From positions 43,639 through 107,638 of IMG/VR virus record IMGVR_UViG_3300034685_000168: DNA of 64,000 nt; one strand, 5' to 3'. Positions within the stretch are counted from its first letter, which is position 1; each line of letters starts with the position of its first letter. Below are positions 19,078 to 28,941 of this stretch, in pieces. The translations under genes were made by a program, and so were the position numbers. The notes under the pieces were generated by a model. It ran no database searches, was not told the origin of the DNA, and saw only the letters and a list, made by a program, of their open reading frames with translations. Source of the DNA: a virus.

Positions 19078-21213
19078 ATGTTACAAAATAATATTTATAA
19101 ATTAGAAATATTGAATTTTTTAAAATCTATTACTATAAAAAATTCAGCTAAAGCTAATTTGATTAAAGAACAAACTATAATAGATTATGGATTAGATGAA
19201 TTATCAGAATATGATAATCCTTATTACAAAAATCTATTCGGTGAATATAGTATTTATGATGAAATGATGTATATAAAATCTTTAGATACATATGAAATAA
19301 TTGAATATACAAAAGAAAATTTAAATAACCACCCCAAAACTAAAATGAGTTATGTTATAGGTAGTGATTTCTATAAAAAATTATGTGATAAATATCCTTT
19401 ACAAAAAGATCTTATTAAAAATATTAGATATCCTGTTAATTCTAAAAAAGAAGCAATAGAATCAAGTAATTTTTCATTACTTGTTTATGATGGGTCTTTA
19501 TTACAAGAAAATGAAAAAGATTATATTATTATTAATATAAAAAAATATCTACAATATCTTAAAGAAAGATGGTACGTAAAAGAATTTGAATATGATAAAT
19601 ACTATATTGTAGTATTTGAATATTTAATTTATGGTATATTATTTAATTATATTGAATCATTGAGATTAGATAATTTACAAACTCCTTATGTTCATATTTT
19701 TCATGTAAAAGAATATTTGAAAAGTAAAGGATTAGGTGAATATCTTCCTTATTTAAATTATAATCAGTTAATGTTTTTATATAAAAATATAGATTATATT
19801 TATAACAATGAAGGAAAAAAAGAAATATTAGAACTAATAACAGATCAGTTATTATCACAAGTTGGAGCTGGTATTACTTATAAAGAAATTTATTTAAATA
19901 CTAAAAATAGTGAAAATACTTTAACATTAATACCCGAAGTAATTACTAAAAAATTAAATGATAAGTCTGACTCTATTAATATAAATAATATAGAGTCTTT
20001 AGAAAATTTTATTTATCTTTTAAATGAAAATGAAAATGTAGAACCAGATATTTCTACTAATAATATTAATAATTTATCTAAACAATTACAATTACAAAAA
20101 TATACCAAAATACCAACGAAGTATTTACAACTTAATAATAATTTTAAAATAAGAAATTTCGATGAATTTGTATTGAACCATATAAATAGTATGTTTGTTT
20201 ATGGTTTAGTAGAAAAAAATTTAAATTATAATTTATCACTTTCTACTTCATATACAGATATTTTAATATTAGATACGATTGATGCATATCTGTTATATAA
20301 TTATTGTTACTTAAAAAGTAATAATATAGAACCTACTATGATACCAACAACATTCAGTATGTATTCTGTTATAGAAACTCCTATAATAGAATATTCTAAT
20401 ATAAATAAATATTTTACATTTAAAAATAGAAGTTTTAATATAGAAGATTTTGTAGATATAAAATGGGTATTAGATAAATTTAAAATAACTAATGATAATA
20501 ATTATAATTCATATGATGAATTTTTGAATTTAATGATGAGTCATTTAGAAGCATTTTATTATTTATATAATTTAGCAAATGCTGGTAGTGAAATATTGAT
20601 TACAGATGCAGTTAATCATCTATTAAAACAACTATATTTTAAAGGAACTAAAACTAAACAATTATTAGGAGATACAATATATCAAAATTGGTTCGATAAT
20701 AGATCAGATATTAAATCTCTTATAACAAATGTAAATAATATTTCTACAGATCAAAGAAACGTATGGAAGGAATTATCCGAATCTATTGCTGAAGCTACTA
20801 TTTATATCCCTGATATGTTTACTAAATATACATCATTACAATCTAATAATAAAAATACTTTACCTTATTTAAAAAATTTATTAAAAAAATTATCTAGTTA
20901 CAATATTTGTTTTTTAGATACTGATGTAGGTGATAATAGTTTATTTTATGATATTACTAATTTAAAATATTATCATAGTTCTAATATATACACTAATCAA
21001 ACCAATGGGTTATCTTACATTAATAATATTAAATATAATAAAGGATTTACTGTAGGTACAACTGATATTATTAAAAATTATAGTTCAATTAAACACTTAC
21101 CAATAGAAGACAATGTCCATCAAGATTATGGCGATATATCTGATATACAAAAAGTATTGTTAGATAAAATGCATAATTTAAATATAGGATTATCATTTTC
21201 AATAGATATTTAA
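19078..21213 (+). CDS. Virion structural protein (phiKZ gp128-like)
   Basis: NPYYKNLFGEY, IKSLDT, HIFHVKEYLKSKG, LSSYNI; divergent from the portal as in phiKZ. Confidence 0.65.
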   Translation: MLQNNIYKLEILNFLKSITIKNSAKANLIKEQTIIDYGLDELSEYDNPYYKNLFGEYSIYDEMMYIKSLDTYEIIEYTKENLNNHPKTKMSYVIGSDFYKKLCDKYPLQKDLIKNIRYPVNSKKEAIESSNFSLLVYDGSLLQENEKDYIIINIKKYLQYLKERWYVKEFEYDKYYIVVFEYLIYGILFNYIESLRLDNLQTPYVHIFHVKEYLKSKGLGEYLPYLNYNQLMFLYKNIDYIYNNEGKKEILELITDQLLSQVGAGITYKEIYLNTKNSENTLTLIPEVITKKLNDKSDSININNIESLENFIYLLNENENVEPDISTNNINNLSKQLQLQKYTKIPTKYLQLNNNFKIRNFDEFVLNHINSMFVYGLVEKNLNYNLSLSTSYTDILILDTIDAYLLYNYCYLKSNNIEPTMIPTTFSMYSVIETPIIEYSNINKYFTFKNRSFNIEDFVDIKWVLDKFKITNDNNYNSYDEFLNLMMSHLEAFYYLYNLANAGSEILITDAVNHLLKQLYFKGTKTKQLLGDTIYQNWFDNRSDIKSLITNVNNISTDQRNVWKELSESIAEATIYIPDMFTKYTSLQSNNKNTLPYLKNLLKKLSSYNICFLDTDVGDNSLFYDITNLKYYHSSNIYTNQTNGLSYINNIKYNKGFTVGTTDIIKNYSSIKHLPIEDNVHQDYGDISDIQKVLLDKMHNLNIGLSFSIDI

Positions 21214-21231
21214 AAAAGGAAAATTAAAACA

Positions 21232-22053
21232 ATGAAAAATAGAAGTATTACTACTAATATGTTGGCCGGTGCACGAACTTCATTAGAGATGCAATTAGGT
21301 CTACCTACTACTTTTCAACCCAATATAACATTAAACTATTTACGTAATGTTGCAGCAGATATTCAACCAACAGGTTATTCTATTAACTATTATTATGGAA
21401 TAGGGACAAAAGGTGAATATAGTATTAATGATGGTAATACAACAGAATTATATATTCCAACACCTTATGAATTAAATGCTTATAATCAAATACCCTTTAG
21501 AATTGTTCCTGTAGAAGAAGATTTATCCGATGTAGAAAGAAGTCAATATAGGATAAGGGAACTACGTAATATTAATGGTCAGTATTATTTTATTTATTGG
21601 TTAAAAGTATTAACTATTAATATCGATTCATTAGAAACTAATAAAATAACAGCTAGTGGTACTATAGAACCATTTGATTTAGATTCTACTATGTTACAAC
21701 CTATCCCTAGAACATTATCTTCATCACAAGGGGCTATGATAACCGAAACATATAATGCTACTTGTACAGCAACATTAGATATTAAAGCTACAGAAATATT
21801 CGAAGTTATTAACACTCTTTACAATAATGAAATAGATAGTAAAATATCTGAGATATGTATATTTAATGGTCAAGATAGAATTATTCAAGGACCTGATGGT
21901 AATAATATTAATAACATGATCAATTACACTGATGCTATTAATTGTAAAATAGTTGAAAAAACATGTATGAAATCATATCCATTTATCGATATAGAAGATA
22001 GATTTACAAGAACTATTACTATAGGTAATGGTAAAGCTATGATTAAAATGTAA
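21232..22053 (+). CDS. Virion structural protein (phiKZ gp127-like)
   Basis: YYGIG, IPFRIVPVEEDL, YWLK, ISEI...G.D motifs; synteny. Confidence 0.6.
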   Translation: MKNRSITTNMLAGARTSLEMQLGLPTTFQPNITLNYLRNVAADIQPTGYSINYYYGIGTKGEYSINDGNTTELYIPTPYELNAYNQIPFRIVPVEEDLSDVERSQYRIRELRNINGQYYFIYWLKVLTINIDSLETNKITASGTIEPFDLDSTMLQPIPRTLSSSQGAMITETYNATCTATLDIKATEIFEVINTLYNNEIDSKISEICIFNGQDRIIQGPDGNNINNMINYTDAINCKIVEKTCMKSYPFIDIEDRFTRTITIGNGKAMIKM

Positions 22054-22066
22054 AAAAAATAACTAT

Positions 22067-22098
22067 GATAAGGATACCTATTTAAAGGTATCCTTATC
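22067..22098. terminator. Bidirectional hairpin terminator
   Basis: gataaggatacct-atttaa-aggtatccttatc between convergent genes. Confidence 0.8.
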
Positions 22099-22111
22099 TG
22101 TTATATTATTT

Positions 22112-23902
22112 TTATTGTTCTATAAACTCTACATCTTTCTTTTCATTAAGAAAAACATTAAACACTTTATCGTATTTTTCATTACACATAAAAAACAAAT
22201 TATTATTAATAGTTTCAAAATAATAATTTAATATAAGACCAATAATAAGTTTATCAATATGTATTGAACCATATGAATAAAATTTATAATCCATATTATT
22301 AATATCAATTTTAAATCGTTTTAGTTTTGTATATCTCGATCTTCCTGTTAGTTCAGAACATGTGATATTTGATAAAACAGCTATATTATTAACTATTACA
22401 CCCTCATAATTTTTAATATACTCATTTATATCATACAGACAATTGTCTGCTATCGCATCTTTGAACTTTTCTTTTTCTTCAGGTGAATCTGCATTTTTAT
22501 CTTCATTCAAATTATATAGAAATTCAACCAAAGTTGAATCAACTGAATTGTTATAACTGATAAATTTATATTTATCAATTCCAGTTATTTCCTTGTTAAT
22601 TTTACTTGAAGACATTAAATTTTCAGCTATTGCTTTAAGATTATTATAAACAGAAACATCAAGATATTTCTCTAACTCTTCTATAAGAGTATTAACATCA
22701 TCGTTTTTGTTAATAATAATTTCACCAAGACTTGGTATGTGATAATCAAGATATTTTTGTATATCTTTTTTGATCAAGTTAGAATAAACAACATTTGTAT
22801 CTTCATCTACAACTACTGTTTTATAATCTATTTTGCAAAAATAACCCAGATCTTCTCCGAATTTTTCAGATATAAAACTTTCTATAATAAACTTAATATC
22901 TTGAATCATGTTTTTTAGTTCATCAACGGTTATTACCGTTTTGATCTTTACTTCAAATTCAAGTATGTGAGGAAAAAATATTCCTTCTTCTGAACACAGA
23001 ATAATATCAATTTTATCACTACCACCGTGATCTATAATTATATTCTCTGTGTTGATTATTGGTCGTTCTATAAAATTTCTTGCTTTGATAAATTTATTAA
23101 AATTAACTTTATTACTTATTACATTATTAAAATTGTTCTCCAATGGAGAAGTTAATTCTGCAACCAACCCATAATCGATAGAACTGGTTTTTTTAACTTC
23201 TTCAATTTGTTCTTCTTCTATTACTTCTTCCATAGCTTCTTCAATAATGCTTTTTTCCATCATTTCAACATTCTCCTCTTCTTTTAAAAATACATCTGTA
23301 TTAAATTCATTGTCACTTACCAAAAAATCTTTTCTATTAATATTCTTTCCATATTCTGGTTTCAGTTTATCGTATGTTATTGGTGCTTCATTGTATTGTG
23401 GGATATTGTTGTATGGATTTTTATAGACAATAGGTCTACCATAATTATCATATCCCATAATTTGTATACCTGACGATTTATTATTTAATGGTGGTTTTTT
23501 CAACGGACCAAATAATGTCATTTTATAATTTTCATTATTATTTTCATATTGTTGATTATTATTTAATCCAAATATAACATCCGGAGTCCCTGGTTCTATA
23601 TCATAATCACCTGGGTTACAATTATTAGATATTAATTTAATTAAATTATTATAATAATATTCAATAATTGCATTCATTGCAGATGTTTGTGCTCTCACAT
23701 CAAAATTACCACTATAATAATCATCCCAAGCCATCATATCTTGAACCATAGATTCAATATTTTCAATAAGAAATTGAAAATGAAAATCTGGGATATTATT
23801 ATTTATAGCAAAGTTATTTATTGCTGCTACAAATCCTTGTTTTCTTGCCTCATAATTTTGTCTCTGTAAAATACCAGATCCAAAATGTAATTTTCTTTTC
23901 AT
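22112..23902 (-). CDS. Hypothetical protein (596 aa)
   Basis: Long ORF with GAGG RBS, downstream of an RNAP subunit; no recognisable motif. Confidence 0.7.
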   Translation of the reverse strand: MKRKLHFGSGILQRQNYEARKQGFVAAINNFAINNNIPDFHFQFLIENIESMVQDMMAWDDYYSGNFDVRAQTSAMNAIIEYYYNNLIKLISNNCNPGDYDIEPGTPDVIFGLNNNQQYENNNENYKMTLFGPLKKPPLNNKSSGIQIMGYDNYGRPIVYKNPYNNIPQYNEAPITYDKLKPEYGKNINRKDFLVSDNEFNTDVFLKEEENVEMMEKSIIEEAMEEVIEEEQIEEVKKTSSIDYGLVAELTSPLENNFNNVISNKVNFNKFIKARNFIERPIINTENIIIDHGGSDKIDIILCSEEGIFFPHILEFEVKIKTVITVDELKNMIQDIKFIIESFISEKFGEDLGYFCKIDYKTVVVDEDTNVVYSNLIKKDIQKYLDYHIPSLGEIIINKNDDVNTLIEELEKYLDVSVYNNLKAIAENLMSSSKINKEITGIDKYKFISYNNSVDSTLVEFLYNLNEDKNADSPEEKEKFKDAIADNCLYDINEYIKNYEGVIVNNIAVLSNITCSELTGRSRYTKLKRFKIDINNMDYKFYSYGSIHIDKLIIGLILNYYFETINNNLFFMCNEKYDKVFNVFLNEKKDVEFIEQ

Positions 23903-23932
23903 AAATACGCCTCTTTTTTCTTTTAAATTTTT

Positions 23933-25474
23933 TTATGAATCATAACCTAGTTTTTCATCTATTTTACTCCAATCTGGTTGGATTATACCACCTAATTCAT
24001 CAACTTCTATATAAGGATTTATAAGCCCAGATGTACCTGGGTTATCAGCAGGAAAACATATTAATGTTTCTACAACTGCATGAGAAGGGTGATACCGTAT
24101 TAATTCTGGACTTATTATATTAGACTTTTTTGCACTTGATTGTTTTTCTATATTTTCTAAAGATCTAAATGATTTTATACCAATACTATAGAACCAATTA
24201 TTATTATAAAACTGAGGGCCACTTGATAACATTCTATTGTTTTTAAGATTCATAAGAATGCTATCGGGAATTATAGTTCTCATTAATTCAGATTCTATAT
24301 CTTTATATGTTAAAGGTTTATTTTGTTTATTAACTAACTTATATAAATTATCAAATAAACTAGTTACAAAATATGTCATCAATTCTTGTATTGATGCAAT
24401 CCTTTTTAGATATAAATTAGATGGGTTAAAATGTGTAATAAACTCGTCTATTATGTATGTTACAAGATCAAATAGTTCTTGTATTGTTGTTATTTCATAA
24501 CCAATTCTCCTTAATTGTCGTGTTACTTTTGGATCAATAAATCTATCTAAATAGAATAAATGATCTGTTGTATTTTTTATTAATAATGAATCATTAAAAC
24601 CTTTAGTGAAAAAATGTTTTCCCAAACAAGTTTTAAAAAACACATTATTTTCAGTTTCTATTAAATTCTCTATTTCAAATCTTTTCTTTCCATTTTTAAT
24701 TGATTGAAATAAAGATAATAATGCTCTTCTTTTATAAAGATTATTTTTAAAAGTTTTTATTACTTTCACATAAACATTATTTTTTAATCTGAAGTAATAA
24801 AAATCATTATCATTATCAACTGGGTCAGTTACTAATTCTATTTCTCCAGGTTCATATTGATAAAAATAAAACGTATTATAAAATCCTTTATAAATTAATT
24901 GATAAAGGAATAAGGGTGGTGGAACAATATTTCTTTTACCATGAGCTCTACATGTAATTATTCTATCACTAACTGAATAATTACCAGTATGATCCTTAAT
25001 TGTTATTGTTTTAGATCTACCAAATATTATTGGGAATCTTAATACTTTAAGGATCATACTATTATTCACTATATTAAATACATCTTCTACAATACCAAAT
25101 ATCTGATATGTGTCTGTACCATTGATAACCATTTTTTGTTTATCTATCATATATGGTACATTAAGGTATACACTAATAATATCGGTTCCATTATATAAAA
25201 AATCAAATCTAACCATTTTAACTTCATGGTTAGCTACTTGGACTTTAAATTTAGGGTTCTTAAATTCTCTTTCTACTTGTTCTTCAGGTGTTAATTCGTA
25301 GTGTCCTTTATATTCAAGAAAACCACCTAGTGTTTTAATCACCTCTTCAAAAAAGAATTCTATCTCATTAATAATATCTTTCATAGAAAAATTACGATAA
25401 TCTAATAATAATTTATTATTAAATTTAGGAATATTATCGTTAACTTTTCTGAATATTGTATTCCACTTTGACAT
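23933..25474 (-). CDS. Non-virion RNA polymerase beta subunit, N-terminal part (phiKZ gp123-like)
   Basis: YLNVPYM, NLYLKRI, HPSHA..E..C.P..NPG.SG.INPY (beta region D-like); 513 aa. Confidence 0.75.
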   Translation of the reverse strand: MSKWNTIFRKVNDNIPKFNNKLLLDYRNFSMKDIINEIEFFFEEVIKTLGGFLEYKGHYELTPEEQVEREFKNPKFKVQVANHEVKMVRFDFLYNGTDIISVYLNVPYMIDKQKMVINGTDTYQIFGIVEDVFNIVNNSMILKVLRFPIIFGRSKTITIKDHTGNYSVSDRIITCRAHGKRNIVPPPLFLYQLIYKGFYNTFYFYQYEPGEIELVTDPVDNDNDFYYFRLKNNVYVKVIKTFKNNLYKRRALLSLFQSIKNGKKRFEIENLIETENNVFFKTCLGKHFFTKGFNDSLLIKNTTDHLFYLDRFIDPKVTRQLRRIGYEITTIQELFDLVTYIIDEFITHFNPSNLYLKRIASIQELMTYFVTSLFDNLYKLVNKQNKPLTYKDIESELMRTIIPDSILMNLKNNRMLSSGPQFYNNNWFYSIGIKSFRSLENIEKQSSAKKSNIISPELIRYHPSHAVVETLICFPADNPGTSGLINPYIEVDELGGIIQPDWSKIDEKLGYDS

Positions 25475-25531
25475 TTTAATCTCCTCATTAAATTAAAATT
25501 ATATAACCCTATACAATATATTTATATAGTA

Positions 25532-27004
25532 TTATTTTTTAAGTTTAATCAATGCCAAAGCTATTGATAATACGGGTAATACAACAGATACTATTGCTTT
25601 TGTAATTCCCATTAATGCCATTACCTTTTTGGATTTAACTTCTTCTTGTTTTAACTTAGCTTCTTCTTTCTTCCTAAGTTCTTCTTCTTTTTCTCTTATC
25701 CTTTCTTGTTTCATATTTTCTATTTCTTGTTTTAATTTCTCTGTTTCTAATTTATTTTCATAATATCTTTTTCTTTCAAATTCCTCATAGGCAGATTCTC
25801 CAGATTCTATTATTGATAATTTCTCTTTTAGAGATTTTATTATTTTTTCATTATCTTCTACTCGTTTTGATAATTGATTTGTCTCCTTTTTATAATAATT
25901 ACATTCTTCTGTTATTTTCTCAAAGTTTACTACTTTAGATTTTCTTTCTTCAAACTGTTTATTAAAATCACTAAGTATTTGATTATAATTAATACTCAAT
26001 GTTATTTCTTCATATTCATTATAATATTCGTGCTTTATAAGATTTTTTATTTTATGTTGTCCATAAGGATTCTTAAGAAAAACATCTAAATCTTTTGGAT
26101 CAGCATCAAATATTATTTTAGGTTTATCAGATAATGGATTATTATAAATAATCTTTAAAGACTTATTTTCTTTTCCATTAAAAGTTTTATCTATTGGAAT
26201 ATTTAAGAAATTACTATCAGTATAACAATAAGCAAATGCTTCTGCCAATTTACCACCTGCTTGGAGTTTTAGGAAAATTTGTCCTTGTTCATTTAAATAA
26301 TCTTTAAATTTAGGATTATCATTTTCCATTAATTCTTCTACTTCAATATATTTATCGAGATAATGAAAATTCTCGATATTATCTTCTGTACTATTACAGA
26401 ATAAAGTTAACTTAGGCTCACAAACACCATTAAGAACATGATATAATTTATCCTTATTATTAAATTTAGATAATGGAATTCTTTTTATCATTGTTCTAAG
26501 ATTTTGTTGTGGTGGGTAGAAGATAAATGATGCGTCTTTGGTTTCTTCATCTCTTGCCAATATAGGTGGAACAAATTCTTTATATCTATTGTTTCCTGCT
26601 TTAAATTTTATATCAACACAGACATATCGTATTAGATACACATATCCACGCAAATAAAAATCATATCTGTCACCAAACGATTTATTATTAGAACATCTTA
26701 TTTTTTCACCATTAATAGAACAAACTATTATATCTGTCGGTGAATCATTATAAACATATACACCATCGATATAATACAAATTGGATAATTCTATTTTCTC
26801 CCATTTTTTACATTCACTTGCTTCATAATACTCCCATCCATTTTCTTGAAGATATTTTGTTGAGAATGTTCCAAAGAATGAGCTATATTCTTTTATATTA
26901 CTCATATCTGTTGGAAATTTACTTGCATAAATATCTGGTGGAAGTGTTCGATAATCATTTACTGGTAAGCTTGTTACATTAGCTCCTATTTTTTTGTTAT
27001 TCAT
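25532..27004 (-). CDS. Hypothetical coiled-coil protein with a C-terminal membrane anchor
   Basis: K/E-rich heptads, then AIVSVVLPVLSIALALI. Confidence 0.7.
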   Translation of the reverse strand: MNNKKIGANVTSLPVNDYRTLPPDIYASKFPTDMSNIKEYSSFFGTFSTKYLQENGWEYYEASECKKWEKIELSNLYYIDGVYVYNDSPTDIIVCSINGEKIRCSNNKSFGDRYDFYLRGYVYLIRYVCVDIKFKAGNNRYKEFVPPILARDEETKDASFIFYPPQQNLRTMIKRIPLSKFNNKDKLYHVLNGVCEPKLTLFCNSTEDNIENFHYLDKYIEVEELMENDNPKFKDYLNEQGQIFLKLQAGGKLAEAFAYCYTDSNFLNIPIDKTFNGKENKSLKIIYNNPLSDKPKIIFDADPKDLDVFLKNPYGQHKIKNLIKHEYYNEYEEITLSINYNQILSDFNKQFEERKSKVVNFEKITEECNYYKKETNQLSKRVEDNEKIIKSLKEKLSIIESGESAYEEFERKRYYENKLETEKLKQEIENMKQERIREKEEELRKKEEAKLKQEEVKSKKVMALMGITKAIVSVVLPVLSIALALIKLKK

Positions 27005-27050
27005 ATATATTAAATCCCTTTAAATTATTTAAAGTTATAGCTCATTTCTG

Positions 27051-27072
27051 TAATAGTAATATATAAATAAAA
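27051..27072 (-). promoter_or_regulatory. phiKZ-type early promoter (TATATTAC)
   Basis: Minus strand TTTTATTTATATATTACTATTA, identical to 34813-34834, 47 nt upstream of the start. Confidence 0.7.
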
Positions 27073-27091
27073 TGTAATTGATTTTTATAAC

Positions 27092-27128
27092 TATAGATAA
27101 GAGACCATTATCTGGTCTCTTATCTATA
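27092..27128. terminator. Hairpin terminator
   Basis: tatagataagagacca-ttatc-tggtctcttatctata. Confidence 0.8.
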
Positions 27129-27130
27129 TA

Positions 27131-28156
27131 TTATTTTTCCCAAGGATCTTTTGCCCAATCTGGTTTAACAAATTTATCTGTTGTTGTATTTTGTGTTGTA
27201 CTAATATTATCATTTATATTATTAATAATTAATAAATCATCTTTATCTTCTATAAAAACTGATTGTGAATGTATGTCTAATTCTTTAAATATTTCAGAAG
27301 AAGAATCTACTATATCAGTATCAGTAAATCTTTCATCTTCATATTTATAAATAGTAGAAGGAGTTTCTCCTTTTAGAGATAATAATGTATTTATATTTTC
27401 TTTATGTTGTTCCGTTGTTGTTCCAGTAACAGGTGAAGCTATTGCTTTTTTAGTTAATTCTTTATCTTTATTAGGTGGTATAACAACTCCAGATTTAACT
27501 ATATTAGTATATGTTTCTATATTACCATTTTCTACTAATTTATCTATAGACTTATTTAATTTCTTTTTATTCTCTAATGTGTAATGTTTACAATTAGTCA
27601 TAGCTTGTAAAAGATCAGATAATAATGGGTTATTTAATATCTCATCAAATAATTCATCAAAAGATAATTTATCTAATAGTTCATTAAACTTATCTATTAA
27701 TTGACTAACTAAATCATTAACACCTTCACAAACTGATGATATTAAATTAGCTAATTGTTTTTCTCTTTCTTTTACACTTTTATAAGCATCCATCCCTGTT
27801 TTTACATATTTATTATTAGTAGTAATAGATTCAACACCATATGAAGAACCTGCATCTAATGTATTCATGAATCTATTAGACATATTATCTATGCTCGCTG
27901 AAGCAGAAGCTATATGTCTATTAACAGTGCTTTGAGCTACTTTTAATTTTGTTTCTGTATAATCGGATGCTAATTTTATTTTAGCAGCAGTAACATCAAC
28001 TGGAGATTTTATCTCTGTTTTAGACCGTTGTTCTAATAGAAATTTTTCATCTATTTCAACTTGTCTCATTAAGTTAATATCACCTACTTCTTCAAAATCT
28101 CCTATTTCTCTTGTCACTCTTTTTTTATCCGATGATGTGAATAATGAACCAGCCAT
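27131..28156 (-). CDS. Hypothetical protein (possibly virion-associated)
   Basis: 341-aa ORF with AAGGA RBS. Confidence 0.65.
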   Translation of the reverse strand: MAGSLFTSSDKKRVTREIGDFEEVGDINLMRQVEIDEKFLLEQRSKTEIKSPVDVTAAKIKLASDYTETKLKVAQSTVNRHIASASASIDNMSNRFMNTLDAGSSYGVESITTNNKYVKTGMDAYKSVKEREKQLANLISSVCEGVNDLVSQLIDKFNELLDKLSFDELFDEILNNPLLSDLLQAMTNCKHYTLENKKKLNKSIDKLVENGNIETYTNIVKSGVVIPPNKDKELTKKAIASPVTGTTTEQHKENINTLLSLKGETPSTIYKYEDERFTDTDIVDSSSEIFKELDIHSQSVFIEDKDDLLIINNINDNISTTQNTTTDKFVKPDWAKDPWEK

Positions 28157-28169
28157 ATTTTATTTATCC

Positions 28170-28844
28170 TTATTCATTATCTAATAAATTATTATCAAAA
28201 TGTCTAGCATATAATAAATTACTAGTTGTAACAACACTTTTGGTTTTAGTTCCAGGTAAAGATGTTTCTATAGAACATTCACCTTTTTCTAATGCTTCCA
28301 TTTTAAGTCTAGAATAAGCTTGTATATTACCACCCCTAATAGTTGCTAATTCACTAATGGTTTTATCTAATCCTTTATTTTTTAATGAGTATAATTCATT
28401 GATAGATATTTTAGCTGCTTTATCATCACTAATAACTTGTCCAGATAATTGATCCGTGTGTTTATCACTATGTGAAAAATGTTGTTTATCATCTAAATAC
28501 TGTATTGTTCTTCTAACATTATTTTTTAATATTAAGTATTTTTCATTAGTTTTATAATATTCCCCAATAACTTCATCGTATACTAATAATTGAGACATCA
28601 ATACAACACCAATTCTCTCAGCTTCTTTTTTTAAATCTATTAAATTAGCATTATTGTCCATATTAGGAAATTGTAAATAAATATTATCTTTATCATCTTT
28701 TAAATCATTCATAAATTTATCAAATTCTTCATCTGTCATTTTATCAAATCTTTTTTTTAATAACTCTGTATTTTTATTAGATTTATCACACCTAGATACA
28801 GAATCTAATAAATAGTCCATTACTTGTTTTCTTTTTATATTCAT
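28170..28844 (-). CDS. Virion RNA polymerase beta subunit, C-terminal part (phiKZ gp149-like)
   Basis: DQLSGQV...KAAKIS..E and ELATIRGG correspond to the beta C-terminal TQQP/GEME/ELLT.K motifs. Confidence 0.75.
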   Translation of the reverse strand: MNIKRKQVMDYLLDSVSRCDKSNKNTELLKKRFDKMTDEEFDKFMNDLKDDKDNIYLQFPNMDNNANLIDLKKEAERIGVVLMSQLLVYDEVIGEYYKTNEKYLILKNNVRRTIQYLDDKQHFSHSDKHTDQLSGQVISDDKAAKISINELYSLKNKGLDKTISELATIRGGNIQAYSRLKMEALEKGECSIETSLPGTKTKSVVTTSNLLYARHFDNNLLDNE

Positions 28845-28899
28845 AATTAAATTTTAATCCTCTTTTAGAAATTAAAAAAATATAAGTTTCATATATATA

Positions 28900-28936
28900 A
28901 TATTACTTATGGGGATTTATTCCCCATAAGTAATAT
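28900..28936. terminator. Hairpin terminator
   Basis: atattacttatgggga-tttat-tccccataagtaatat. Confidence 0.8.
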
Positions 28937-28941
28937 ATACA

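Noticed and set aside
22112-23902. Chimallin, on the basis of its ~600-aa size
   Set aside because: No recognisable sequence similarity; size alone is not evidence.
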